Positions 48,805-59,098 of a DNA stretch of 64,000 nucleotides are shown here, one piece after another (positions within the stretch are counted from its first letter, which is position 1; the number at the start of each line of letters is the position of its first letter). The DNA is from Clostridium sp. CAG:710 (GTDB taxonomy: Bacteria; Bacillota_I; Bacilli_A; RF39; UBA660), in NCBI GenBank assembly GCA_000432595.1, contig HF996851.1:24252-88251 (forward strand), in the 5' to 3' direction. The notes under the pieces are model-generated. The model saw nothing but the letters and a program-made list of their open reading frames with translations. It was not told where the DNA came from and did not search any database. The position numbers were made by a program, and so were the translations under genes.

Positions 48805-50631
48805 ATGTATATATTAGATGCATACGTATCAGAAGATTTAGCGTTATTCCTAGGTAAAACTCTAAATTTAATTCATATTGCGGCACCTATATTACTAATT
48901 GTTTTTGTAACTATTGACCTAATAAAAGCAATTCTTTCACAGGATAATGAAATAGTAAGTAAAACCGTTAGAAGTATTAAAAATAGAACTATCGCATGTA
49001 TAATGATATTCTTTTTACCAACTATAGTTGAAGTAATATTTACTCAAGCATCTGTTACATTAAACCTAGATAAAAAAGAATATGAGGATATATTATCCAC
49101 ATATAAATCGGTAATTAATTCAGAAAACATTAAAGTTGGAGATAAAACCCAAACTACAGATATAAGTAGTAACCTTTTATATACATTAGAATCAAAAGAA
49201 AAAAAAGATGATACTAAAAAAGAAGAATTATTAACAAAATCTAAAGTTATTACAAAATATATCTTCACAGGCTTAAAATTTCAGGATCTAGCACTAGGCT
49301 TTTCTAGTGATGATTTAACTATTACATATGATGGAAAAACCTATAGTATAAATGATAGACTTAACATTTCTTATCAAAGTCTATTTGCTAGGGATGTAGT
49401 AGATAATGGGGACTATGTAATAGCGACCGTAACGTTTAAAAATGCAACCATTAATAATACAAAAGTGGATAGTGGAAGCATCTCATACTTCTATTCTAAA
49501 GAAACAGATAAATACTTATTAGAAAAAATAAATATTGAAACATCAAAAAGTATAAGTGATTTTACTTCTAAAACTAAAACAAGTGAAAAGCCAGATGAAA
49601 TAAATGCATCTAGTAAATTCGCATCTACTAATCCAGAATATAATTATGATAAATTAAATAATTTAAAAGAATCAGACATTTCTAAAATATATGAAGCAAA
49701 TAAAGAAAACATTGTTATGCTTAATACAATATCAAATCAAGCTACTGTAAATAGAGCAACGGGCTTCTTTATAAGTGATGGAGTAATCACAACATCATGG
49801 AGTTACTTAGAAAATTCATTCATGATAGGAGATACTATAATTGTTAGTGATGTATTAAATAATACATATAAATGTGTTGGACTTGTCGCAATGGATACAG
49901 AAAATGATATCGCAGTTATAAAATTAGATAAAAAATCAGGAACACATGTTAAATTTGGTGATAAAACAAATCTATCTATTAATGATCCAGTTATAACTAT
50001 AACTAGTAAAACAGGCGTAGGACTTTCTAGTTTAGTTGGAATTGTATCATCAGTTAATGATAATCTAATTAATGTTTTACCACTTGAAAAAAATGATTGG
50101 GGTTCCGCAGTATTTAATACAGATGGATATGTAGTTGGAATTAATAATTCAAAACTATTAAATTCAGAGTTATCTAACGCATCAAGCATAGATACATTAA
50201 AAACATTATCATCAAAACTTAAAAATACTAAATTAAAAGATATTAAAGCCACTTCTCTAGAAGAAGTAAAAAGTAAGTATTATTATAAAGAAAAAAATAA
50301 AGAAGAAATAAAAAAGCTTGTTGATACAAAGATTTGGAATAAATATAAATCTATTGGAAATATAGAAAATACAATTGCACTTAACTTAGTAAAAGCAAGT
50401 TATTATAATGATACATTGAGTCTAAGATATGAAAACAACACAAGCAAGTACATTGATACACTAAGTTATGTAGAAGACTTTACAACAACACTTACTAATC
50501 AAGGATATACATTAAAATATAAGTCTGGTGAAAATACAAGACTTATGTACACTAAAGGTAGAGATAAAGTAGTTATCACAGAAGAATTTGATTATTTAAT
50601 CATCTTATTAGTAAGGGGTAGGGTACTATGA
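48805..50631 (+). CDS. membrane-anchored protein with a degenerate S1/HtrA-like (Trypsin_2) domain
   Basis: Two N-terminal TM segments. ATGFFISDGVITTSWSYL / DIAVIKLD / NDWGSAVFNTDGYVVGIN aligns to GSGFiisdGyIlTNaHV / DlAvlKl / GNSGGpl..G.viGIN. Confidence 0.55.
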   Translation: MYILDAYVSEDLALFLGKTLNLIHIAAPILLIVFVTIDLIKAILSQDNEIVSKTVRSIKNRTIACIMIFFLPTIVEVIFTQASVTLNLDKKEYEDILSTYKSVINSENIKVGDKTQTTDISSNLLYTLESKEKKDDTKKEELLTKSKVITKYIFTGLKFQDLALGFSSDDLTITYDGKTYSINDRLNISYQSLFARDVVDNGDYVIATVTFKNATINNTKVDSGSISYFYSKETDKYLLEKINIETSKSISDFTSKTKTSEKPDEINASSKFASTNPEYNYDKLNNLKESDISKIYEANKENIVMLNTISNQATVNRATGFFISDGVITTSWSYLENSFMIGDTIIVSDVLNNTYKCVGLVAMDTENDIAVIKLDKKSGTHVKFGDKTNLSINDPVITITSKTGVGLSSLVGIVSSVNDNLINVLPLEKNDWGSAVFNTDGYVVGINNSKLLNSELSNASSIDTLKTLSSKLKNTKLKDIKATSLEEVKSKYYYKEKNKEEIKKLVDTKIWNKYKSIGNIENTIALNLVKASYYNDTLSLRYENNTSKYIDTLSYVEDFTTTLTNQGYTLKYKSGENTRLMYTKGRDKVVITEEFDYLIILLVRGRVL

Positions 50632-51161
50632 GACAGGAACGTTTAGATAAAAAGAAAAGATTACTAAGAGGAGCTTCTCTAACATTTGTATTCGCAATAG
50701 TACTAGTTATTCTTTGGATAATGTTTTTTAAAAACAGAACTTATATAAAACAATATGAAAGTAAATATTTATCATTTAGTTATGATAGTACATGGAAAGT
50801 AAGCAAGAAAGATACATATTCTGCATCCCTTACTCATAGAACTAATAGCTTTATTGATATGAAAGTTACTAAAATAGGTTCTTACTACAAAAGTGGTGAT
50901 TTAACAAGAATTGCTAGTGAAGTAAAATATGAAATAGAAAAACAAAATGCTAAATACAAATTATTAAAAGAAGAAGATAGTTCAACTAATTCAAAAGAAA
51001 TATATAAAATATTATATGAAAATAATGATACACAGTCATTAATTGTTATTGTTAAAGGCGATAACTATGTATGTGTAATTAACTGTGTAGCAAAAGATAT
51101 GTACTTTGATATGTTGTTTGATAGTTTTAATACAATAATCAATAGTGTTAAGATTAAATAA
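50628..51161 (+). CDS. hypothetical membrane-anchored protein
   Basis: 177 aa, one N-terminal TM segment (SLTFVFAIVLVILWIMFF). Overlaps the previous stop by 4 nt. Confidence 0.5.
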   Translation: MRQERLDKKKRLLRGASLTFVFAIVLVILWIMFFKNRTYIKQYESKYLSFSYDSTWKVSKKDTYSASLTHRTNSFIDMKVTKIGSYYKSGDLTRIASEVKYEIEKQNAKYKLLKEEDSSTNSKEIYKILYENNDTQSLIVIVKGDNYVCVINCVAKDMYFDMLFDSFNTIINSVKIK

Positions 51162-51193
51162 ATTTTTAAGTATAAATAATTGGAGGTGAGAAT

Positions 51194-52507
51194 ATGAATA
51201 ATGATGATTATAAAAGAGATACTCAAAATAAAAACTCTTTTATTTATTCATATTTAAATAATACTCCAATTAATGTTCCATCGGGCGAAGAAGATATAGA
51301 AGTACTTGATTTTGACACAGAATTAGATAAACCAGTTGTTGAAACAGATCTTTCACACGCAACTGAAGGATTAGAAAAAATTAATACAGATAATAATACT
51401 GATAAAATGAAGATGGAGGACTTACTAAAAAAGACAGTAGCTCCTAAAGTAGAACATGAGATGAAAACTAGAAGGCAAAATAAAACCTTCTTTGTAACAT
51501 CTATTCTAGCTGGTGCATCATTTGTAGTTATAGTATTAATCGCAATTTTTACAAAAGGAACTTCATTTTATGTAGATTCTAGCGAAGTATATTATGAAAA
51601 TAAAAAGGTAGAAAAAGTAGAAGAATATCAAACCGCAGTAGTAACCGATAATATATATACAGGTGTAACAGTAAATAATATATCTGATGCAAAAAAACTA
51701 ATTGAAAATGATTCAACTAACCAAAAAGCAAAATGTAATAATGTTAAAACTAAAGAAGTAGAAAAAAGAATAGAAAAAAACTATGGAATAACTGCGATTA
51801 ACTTTTGTGAAATGGATTATGATTTTGCATTAGAAATAGAAAATGTTATTAAAACAGTATATAAAGAATTTCCAAGTATTAAAGGATATATTACTAATAT
51901 AACACTAATAAATACCCCAGAATTTACTAACTATATTGCATCATTTGTATCAGCAAAATTGTTCGCTAAATCAAATACTAAGAATACGTATCCCAACGTT
52001 TATAAAATGTCGATTTTCCTAAATGCAAGTTACTTTTTAAATAAAGATTATTTAACAGCAACAGTTAATGATTCATCATCATATGGATATTTTCCTAGTA
52101 ATGCAACTAGATATACTATAGTAGCACATGAATTAGGACATTACTTATCATTCTTAGCAGAAATGAGATCAACTACAGACTTAGATAGTGTGCTTCTTCT
52201 TACAAAAGAAAACTATAGAGAATATTCTAATTTAATTAGTGATTCAAATAATGGAGTATTCTCACTTAAAATGATAAATGAAGCATATGAATCATATAAT
52301 AAATCACATAAAGGTGAATTTAGTAATGCAGATAAATTTAGGGAAAGTATCTCAGAGTATGCAATGGCAACAGATGCAAATGGTAGCTATATTTATGATG
52401 AAACAATCGCAGAAGCATTTCATGATTATTATGTAAATAGAACTAAGGCAAAACCTGCAAGTAAAGAGATAATGAAAGTACTAAGAAAATATTTAAATAA
52501 AAAATAA
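51194..52507 (+). CDS. hypothetical membrane-anchored protein with HExxH motif
   Basis: 437 aa, TM segment FFVTSILAGASFVVIVLIAIF, later TIVAHELGHYLSF. Confidence 0.5.
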   Translation: MNNDDYKRDTQNKNSFIYSYLNNTPINVPSGEEDIEVLDFDTELDKPVVETDLSHATEGLEKINTDNNTDKMKMEDLLKKTVAPKVEHEMKTRRQNKTFFVTSILAGASFVVIVLIAIFTKGTSFYVDSSEVYYENKKVEKVEEYQTAVVTDNIYTGVTVNNISDAKKLIENDSTNQKAKCNNVKTKEVEKRIEKNYGITAINFCEMDYDFALEIENVIKTVYKEFPSIKGYITNITLINTPEFTNYIASFVSAKLFAKSNTKNTYPNVYKMSIFLNASYFLNKDYLTATVNDSSSYGYFPSNATRYTIVAHELGHYLSFLAEMRSTTDLDSVLLLTKENYREYSNLISDSNNGVFSLKMINEAYESYNKSHKGEFSNADKFRESISEYAMATDANGSYIYDETIAEAFHDYYVNRTKAKPASKEIMKVLRKYLNKK

Positions 52508-52540
52508 AAGTATTGGTTATACTATGAAGGGTGATTAATA

Positions 52541-53491
52541 ATGATAGTAAGACTTGGTTATGTATCATTACCACTTAGTATAAATATTACATCTTCAAAA
52601 ACTATAACTTACACAAGATTTAAAAATATAAATGATGGTTTTAATAAGATAGATTCAATTATATTAGATAATCTAGATGCTTTATATGAAATATTAAAAT
52701 ATAATAAAGCCAATAATATACATTTTTATAGAATGACATCTGCCTTAATACCACTTGCGACATTAGATGATGTTAAATTTGATTATATTACCCCCTACTT
52801 AAAATTGTATAAAAAAGTAGGGGATTTTGCTAATAAAAATGAGATTAGAGTTGATGCACATCCTGATCAATTTTGCGTTTTAAATAGTATAAATAAAGAT
52901 ATTGTAAAAAATAGTATTGAAATATTAAAGTACCAAAAAGCACTTTCTAAAGCATTTAAATTTACTAGTTTTAAATTAGTACTTCATGTAGGTAGTAGTG
53001 CAGGTGGTAAAAAGGCAAGTATAACCAGATTTATTAATAATTTTAATAAATTAGAAGATTGTATTAAAAAAATGATAATACTAGAAAATGATGATAAAGT
53101 ATTTAATATAATAGATGTTTTAGAACTATCAGAAAAGTTAAAAATACCAATGGTACTTGACTATCACCATTATATATGTAATAACAATAATGAAGATATA
53201 GAAAAGTATTTACCTAGAATATTTAATACTTGGAAAGGTGAAGTATATCCTCCAAAAGTTCATTTTTCTACACCAAAATCTAAAAGAAAAAATGAATTTA
53301 GATCTCATAATGATTTTATAAATGTAAATGATTTTATAACATTTTTAGAAATAGTAAAAAAATATACTGATAAGTTAGATATAATGATTGAAGCAAAAGC
53401 AAAGGATTTAGCACTATTTAAATTAGTAAGAGAATTAAAATATAAAAAAGAATATCAATTTATTGATGATACAAGTTTTATTGTAAAGTAA
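52541..53491 (+). CDS. uvsE: UV damage endonuclease UvsE/UVDE
   Basis: MIVRLGYVSLPLS, IHFYRMTSALIPLA, VDAHPDQFCVLNS, LVLHVGS and MIEAKAKD. Confidence 0.88.
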   Translation: MIVRLGYVSLPLSINITSSKTITYTRFKNINDGFNKIDSIILDNLDALYEILKYNKANNIHFYRMTSALIPLATLDDVKFDYITPYLKLYKKVGDFANKNEIRVDAHPDQFCVLNSINKDIVKNSIEILKYQKALSKAFKFTSFKLVLHVGSSAGGKKASITRFINNFNKLEDCIKKMIILENDDKVFNIIDVLELSEKLKIPMVLDYHHYICNNNNEDIEKYLPRIFNTWKGEVYPPKVHFSTPKSKRKNEFRSHNDFINVNDFITFLEIVKKYTDKLDIMIEAKAKDLALFKLVRELKYKKEYQFIDDTSFIVK

Positions 53492-54052
53492 TTATTTTGG
53501 ATATATTTAACTTGTAAAATATAATGATATTAATGTATAATAATAATGTTAAGATAAAGGAGTAGTAAAATGAAAGATAGAAAGAAAAGAAATATTATAA
53601 TTGGCTCTTTATGCTCTTTGCTTGTATTTATGGGTATTGGTTATGCAGTATTATCGCAGACTCTAAATATAAGTGGTACAGCAAATATGAAAGGTACTTG
53701 GGATATAAAAATAACTGATATAAGTGAAGCAAGTAGAACTGGAAAAGCAGATTCAGGTACACCAACTATTTCATCAAGTGGAGTATCTGCATCATTTGAA
53801 GCAAACTTATGGATGCCAGGAGACTCAATAACTTATAATATTACAGTAAAGAATAATGGTAATATAGATGCAGCTTTAAAAGAGTTAGTACCATCAGTAG
53901 AAAATGGCGTACAACAAGTAAAATTCAGTAATAATGCAGTACAAGGAAAAGTATTAAGGCAAAGTGAAAGTTATACTTTTCAAGTAAGTGTAGTATTTGA
54001 TGAAGATGCAACTGAGATACCACAAGATTCAAAAACAAATCCACCAAAATAC

Positions 54053-54148
54053 ACAATATCATTAACATTTGTACAATATACAGGAAATAGTTTATATACA
54101 CCAACAAATGAAACAACAGATAATTCATGTTTTGTGATTAATACAGCA
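54053..54148 (+). repeat. tandem duplication, unit 1
   Basis: 96 nt matching 54150-54245 at 92/96 positions. The period is 97 nt, with a junction T at 54149. Confidence 0.9.
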
Positions 54149-54149
54149 T

Positions 54150-54245
54150 ACAATATCATTAACATTTGTACAATATACAGGGAATAGTTTATATACACCA
54201 GTTAATGAAACAACAGATAATTCATGTTTTGTGATTAATACAGCA
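54150..54245 (+). repeat. tandem duplication, unit 2
   Basis: See unit 1. Differences are A/G in caggaaat vs cagggaat, and ACA/GTT in ccaacaaatg vs ccagttaatg. Confidence 0.9.
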
Positions 54246-55290
54246 GGAGAAATAACAGGATATGATTATAATTGTGGTACAGTAGTAACAGTACCTGCAG
54301 AAATTGATGGAATTCAAGTTAAAAGTATAACATCTATTGCTTTTGCTGAAACCAGTTCTTATAATGTATGGATGTATGGCAAAGAAGAAAGTGCAGATGT
54401 AACAAAAACTTATTACATTTTTAAAGATCAAAATGCAAGAGCATTATTCTTAGAATCACAAGGAATAACTCAAGAAGAGTTAGATGCTGAAGAAAACACA
54501 TATAATTATTTAAAAGGTGATCCTGCATTACAGAATATTGATTTGGGAATTTTTGAAATGGGCGTGAATATTTTTAGGAATTCAACTGGTAAAATAATTA
54601 CAGACACTTATGGCAATGTTGCACTTACAGAATTAGACCTAAGTCATGCTGATTATCTGGAAAATGTTGAATGTTTAGATTGGGTTCCAAACTTAAAAAC
54701 ATTGAATTTAAATTCAACATCTGAAACATTAAAAATTAATAACACAATAAATTATGCATATTATTTTAATAACCCTTATCTCAATTATCAAGATGATAAC
54801 ATAAATGAAACTCTTCAACAATATATAAAAACATTAGATTTGTTAGTTGTAAATGCGGATAATTTTGCTACACTAAGTTCTTCAAGGTTAGAAATGTTTG
54901 TGGGAAACCAAAAAATTAAAACACTTATTGTATTGGATGGAAAAAATAAACATACAATTGAAAGCTCTAATCTTTTTCAATCGACTACTTCAGAAATCAA
55001 AAATGTTATTATTGATGATGGTATAGTTGAAATAAAAAATAGCGTTTTTTCAAGCCACAGTATTGAACACGTGACACTTCCAGCAACGTTAAAAACAATT
55101 GGCAGTTACACTTTTGCTTTTAATAAATTAACAAACACAGGTCTTGGTAAACTTCCTAGTTCATTAACTAGCTTATCTACATATGCATTTAGTGATAATC
55201 CCGATTTAACTCAAATAACATTAACTTCTCCAAAAGACTTGCCTGGTTGGCCAAATGGTGGAACAGTTGATGGTAAGACAGTAATATATG

Positions 55291-55317
55291 AAAGATAGAT
55301 TTTTCTATCTTTTTTTC
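55291..55317 (+). terminator. terminator after the LRR gene
   Basis: AAAGATAGA (55291-55299) pairs with TCTATCTTT (55304-55312), then a T run. Confidence 0.85.
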
Positions 55318-55358
55318 TTTTATAGTTGTATAATAAATATTATTGGAGGGATATTACT

Positions 55359-57095
55359 ATGAATAATCAAAATATTATAAATGAAATACGTAGTAAAATA
55401 GATATAGTTGATTTAATTAGCGAATATGTTCCTCTATCTCAAAAGGGCAAAAACTATTTTGGAGTTTGTCCTTTTCACAATGATACTAATCCTTCTATGA
55501 GTGTATCTAGAGAAAAACAAATTTATAAATGTTTCTCTTGTGGTGCAAGTGGCAATATATTTACATTTGTTAGTGAATATGAAAATATCTCTTTTAAAGA
55601 AGCACTTAACCTTTTAGCAAATAAAATTGGATATAAGATAGACACAGGTAAAAGTTATACTAAACCAGATTTATATAAAAAATATTATGATATGTATGAT
55701 CTTGCTACTAAATTTTATCAAAATAATATTAATACTCATGAAGGAAAAGAAGCTAAAGAATATTTAAAAAACAGACAAATAAATGAAGAAATAATAAAAA
55801 GATTTCAAGTGGGATTTTCTCTTGATAAAAAAAATTCATTAATTGAACTTTTAATAAAAAAAGGATATACAGTAAAAGAACTTGTTCAATATGGTCTTGC
55901 AGTAGAGGACCACGATGTTTATATAAATCGTATAATGTTTCCACTATATGATACATCAGGTAGAGTAGTTGCATTTAGTGGAAGAATATATGGAAATTCT
56001 AAACTTAATAAATATGTAAATACAAAAGAAACTCCAATATTTAAAAAAGGGCAATGCTTATATAATTATCATATAGCAAAAGAAGCATCACGTAAAAAAG
56101 GATTTGTAATAATAATGGAAGGTTTTATGGATGTTATTAGAGCAAGTACTGTAGGATATGATAATGTAGTTGCATTAATGGGAACTGCACTTACTAGTGA
56201 ACAACTTGGGTTAATAAAAAGGTTATCACTAAATATAATATTATGTTTTGATGGAGATAGAGCTGGAGAACACGCAACTATGAGTGCTGGAGAACAATTA
56301 GAAAAAATTGGAATAAATCCTAAAGTAATTGCATTAACTGGAGGAGATGATCCTGATACATTCATAATAAAAAATGGAAAAGAAAGATTTGATTCTCTAG
56401 TAGAATCAGCTATTAATTTTAGTGATTATAAAATAAAAGCTTTAAAAAGTGGAGTAAATTTTCAAAGTGATATAGAACTTTCTAACTATATTGATAAGGT
56501 AATTAAAGAAGTAAGTTTAATAAAAGATGACATAAGAAGAGAGATAATACTAAAAAAACTTGCAATTGAAGTAAATATAGGGTATAATACCCTAGAAAAA
56601 AGGTTAGACAAGTATATATCTGAATCTAAGCCTGTAGAAGTTGCAAATCCAATTAAAAATAATGAAAAGCCTCATTTGACTAGATATCAAAAGGCAGTTA
56701 ATGCATTTCTTTATAACATGATGACTAATCCAGATGTAATAGAACGTTATAATAGAGAAAATATTTGTCTTTTAACTCCAGTTAATAGATATCTAGCTAA
56801 TGAAATATCATTTTATTATGAAAAAATTGGTAGTATAAATATTGCAGATATGTATACCTATCTAGCTGATAAAGAAGAGTTATTAGCGCTTGTTAAAGAG
56901 ATTACAGAAACAGATGAGTATGATTGTAGTGCAAAAGCAATTGATGATTATATAGATGTGATTAATGATTATAATAAGAGGCAAGAGATTAAACGCCTAA
57001 ATGAGATGATAAGAAAAGAAAATGATCCAATGGAAAAATCAAAAATTGCTGAACAGATTAGGCTAATAAAAATTGGGGAGAGTAAGAATGGTTAA
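55359..57095 (+). CDS. dnaG: DNA primase
   Basis: Zinc finger [13 protein letters not shown]...[10 protein letters not shown] and [13 protein letters not shown]...DGDRAG. ATG 55359 follows GGAGGG. Confidence 0.93.
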   Translation: MNNQNIINEIRSKIDIVDLISEYVPLSQKGKNYFGVCPFHNDTNPSMSVSREKQIYKCFSCGASGNIFTFVSEYENISFKEALNLLANKIGYKIDTGKSYTKPDLYKKYYDMYDLATKFYQNNINTHEGKEAKEYLKNRQINEEIIKRFQVGFSLDKKNSLIELLIKKGYTVKELVQYGLAVEDHDVYINRIMFPLYDTSGRVVAFSGRIYGNSKLNKYVNTKETPIFKKGQCLYNYHIAKEASRKKGFVIIMEGFMDVIRASTVGYDNVVALMGTALTSEQLGLIKRLSLNIILCFDGDRAGEHATMSAGEQLEKIGINPKVIALTGGDDPDTFIIKNGKERFDSLVESAINFSDYKIKALKSGVNFQSDIELSNYIDKVIKEVSLIKDDIRREIILKKLAIEVNIGYNTLEKRLDKYISESKPVEVANPIKNNEKPHLTRYQKAVNAFLYNMMTNPDVIERYNRENICLLTPVNRYLANEISFYYEKIGSINIADMYTYLADKEELLALVKEITETDEYDCSAKAIDDYIDVINDYNKRQEIKRLNEMIRKENDPMEKSKIAEQIRLIKIGESKNG

Positions 57096-58182
57096 CGAAA
57101 TTAAAACAATTGAAGATAGAAAAAAATCTTTAATTAAAAAAGGTAAGGCTAATGGATATGTAACATATGAAGAAATGGCCGAAGAATTAAAAGGACTAGA
57201 AGTTGATTCTGATACCCTTGATGATTTATATAATACATTAGTTGAAAATCACATTGAAATTATATCTGAGACTACAGATAATTCTGAAGATGATAATGAT
57301 GAAAATCCAGGGGATTTAGTTGTTGAAGATTTAACCCTATCTAAGGACATTAAAATAAATGATCCCGTTAGGATGTATTTAAAAGAAATAGGTAGAATTA
57401 ATCTACTTACTAGTGATGAAGAATTTGAATATGCACGTCTTGCTGAACAAGGCGATGAACATGCAAAAAAAATGCTTGCAGAATCAAATCTTCGTCTAGT
57501 AGTATCAATCGCAAAAAGATATGTTGGTAGAGGAATGCTTTTCCTTGATTTAATACAAGAAGGTAATATAGGACTTATGAAAGCAGTAGAAAAATTTGAT
57601 CCAACTAAAGGATATAAGTTTTCTACATATGCTACTTGGTGGATTAGACAAGCTATAACAAGAGCTATCGCAGACCAAGCAAGAACTATACGTGTGCCTG
57701 TACATATGGTAGAAACGATTAATAAACTTGCGCGTGTACAAAGGCAATTAACACAAGAATTAAATCGTGAACCAACAGAAGAAGAAATTGCTAAGAAGTT
57801 AGGAGTAACTGTTGACAAAGTTCGAGAAGTATATAAGATAAGTCAAGATCCAGTTTCTCTAGAAACTCCAATTGGTGAAGAAGATGATTCACATTTAGGA
57901 GATTTCATTAAAGATGAAAGAACTATGTCACCAGAGGAGTATGCAACAGTAGAACTTTTAAAAGAAGAATTAGCTAGCGTATTATTAACATTAACTGAAC
58001 GTGAAGAAAAAGTATTAAGACTTCGTTTTGGTCTTGATGATGGACAATGCAGGACACTAGAAGAAGTTGGACAAATATTTGGCGTTACAAGAGAAAGAAT
58101 TCGTCAGATTGAAGCTAAAGCATTAAGAAAACTTCGTCATCCATCACGTTCAAGAAAACTTAAGGATTTCTTGATCGATTAA
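57088..58182 (+). CDS. rpoD: primary sigma factor RpoD/SigA
   Basis: [90 protein letters not shown]. Confidence 0.96.
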   Translation: MVNEIKTIEDRKKSLIKKGKANGYVTYEEMAEELKGLEVDSDTLDDLYNTLVENHIEIISETTDNSEDDNDENPGDLVVEDLTLSKDIKINDPVRMYLKEIGRINLLTSDEEFEYARLAEQGDEHAKKMLAESNLRLVVSIAKRYVGRGMLFLDLIQEGNIGLMKAVEKFDPTKGYKFSTYATWWIRQAITRAIADQARTIRVPVHMVETINKLARVQRQLTQELNREPTEEEIAKKLGVTVDKVREVYKISQDPVSLETPIGEEDDSHLGDFIKDERTMSPEEYATVELLKEELASVLLTLTEREEKVLRLRFGLDDGQCRTLEEVGQIFGVTRERIRQIEAKALRKLRHPSRSRKLKDFLID

Positions 58183-58961
58183 TGAAAATTAATAATAGAC
58201 TTAAAAATGTAGCTAATTTTGTTTTAAAAGATTCGAATGTGATAGATGTAGGCTGTGATCATGCGTTATTATGTATCTATTTAGCAAGTAATTATCCTAA
58301 TATGAGGCTTATTGCATCTGATGTAAGAGAAGGACCTCTTAAACAAGCAAAAGCAAACATAGAAAAGTATGGCTTAGAAGATAGGATTACACTTAAATTA
58401 GGTGATGGAATTGCTACTATAGATAATGATACGAATGTTATTGTTATATCTGGCATGGGTGGTATTACAATTGCTGATATTATAACAAAAAATAAAGAAA
58501 AATTAGATAAAATAGATCAGATAGTTGTATCTCCTAATAATGATTTCTATGCAGTAAGAAGTGAAATTACAAAATTAGGCTTTATAATTGATAGAGAAGA
58601 AGTAATAAAAGAAAGAGATAAATTTTATTTAATAATTAGTTTTGTCAAAGGAAAGAAAAAATACAAAAAAAGAGAACTTTACTTTGGAAGTAAATGTATC
58701 TTATATGATAAGACTCTAAGAGAGTATTATAAAGGACAATTCCTATTACTATTTAATAAGTATTCTAGACTTCCTGATAAAAGAATATTTGCAAAGCATA
58801 AAATAAAAGTTAAAATAGATATGCTAGCAGATGATATAGATATGTTAGATAAAAAACAAGCAAGAGAAGAAAGAAAAATGAAAAGGGAAGCAAAAAGACT
58901 TGCAAGAATAGAAAAAAGACAAGCTAAGAAAGAAAAGAAGTTATTAGAAAAAAGTGTTTAA
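58182..58961 (+). CDS. trmK: tRNA (adenine22-N1)-methyltransferase TrmK with a Lys/Glu-rich tail
   Basis: RLKNVANFV...VIDVGCDHALLCIYL..., ASDVREGPL, ISGMGG. The position after sigA matches Bacillus. Confidence 0.8.
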   Translation: MKINNRLKNVANFVLKDSNVIDVGCDHALLCIYLASNYPNMRLIASDVREGPLKQAKANIEKYGLEDRITLKLGDGIATIDNDTNVIVISGMGGITIADIITKNKEKLDKIDQIVVSPNNDFYAVRSEITKLGFIIDREEVIKERDKFYLIISFVKGKKKYKKRELYFGSKCILYDKTLREYYKGQFLLLFNKYSRLPDKRIFAKHKIKVKIDMLADDIDMLDKKQAREERKMKREAKRLARIEKRQAKKEKKLLEKSV

Positions 58962-59035
58962 GGGACTTAAAAAGAGTTCCTTTTTTTATTCAAAATTTAA
59001 TGTCTACTTGCTTTGTATCAAGCAAATATTCCGTC

Positions 59036-59065
59036 TTGATTTTCAATGGGGGAGGGGTGTATACT
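59036..59065 (+). promoter_or_regulatory. promoter-like module with an interrupted G tract (copy B)
   Basis: TTGATT (59036-59041), an 18-nt spacer holding GGGGGAGGGG (59048-59057), then TATACT (59060-59065). 40/43 identical to the copy A core. Confidence 0.5.
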
Positions 59066-59098
59066 TAATATATATTAAAATAGGAGAGGTTAGAAAGT

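Larger units (their letters stand above)
53570..55298 (+). pseudogene. TasA-like N-module / BspA-type LRR surface protein, split by a 97-bp tandem duplication
   Basis: ORFs 53570..54187 (frame 2) and 54231..55298 (frame 0). Removing one repeat unit fuses them into a 543-codon ORF. C-terminal IVEIKNSVFSSHSIEHVTLPATLKTIGSYTFAF is LRR_5/BspA-like. Confidence 0.7.

Noticed and set aside
54053-54245. Considered whether the 97-bp tandem repeat, or any other repeat in the window, is a CRISPR array.
   Set aside because: There are only two contiguous units with no spacers, they lie inside a coding sequence, and no cas genes are in the window.
53534-55338. The shared 10-mer tgtataataa on both sides of the second surface-protein gene (53534 and 55327), as a possible fourth direct-repeat-flanked cassette.
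   Set aside because: It is only 10 nt long and coincides with the common -10 consensus (TGTATAAT) seen at several promoters here, so chance cannot be excluded.
58800-58961. The Lys/Glu/Arg-rich tail of TrmK, and similar charged low-complexity stretches in ORF 27117..28592.
   Set aside because: This is compositional low complexity in an AT-rich genome (AAA/GAA codons), with no repeat unit structure at the DNA level.
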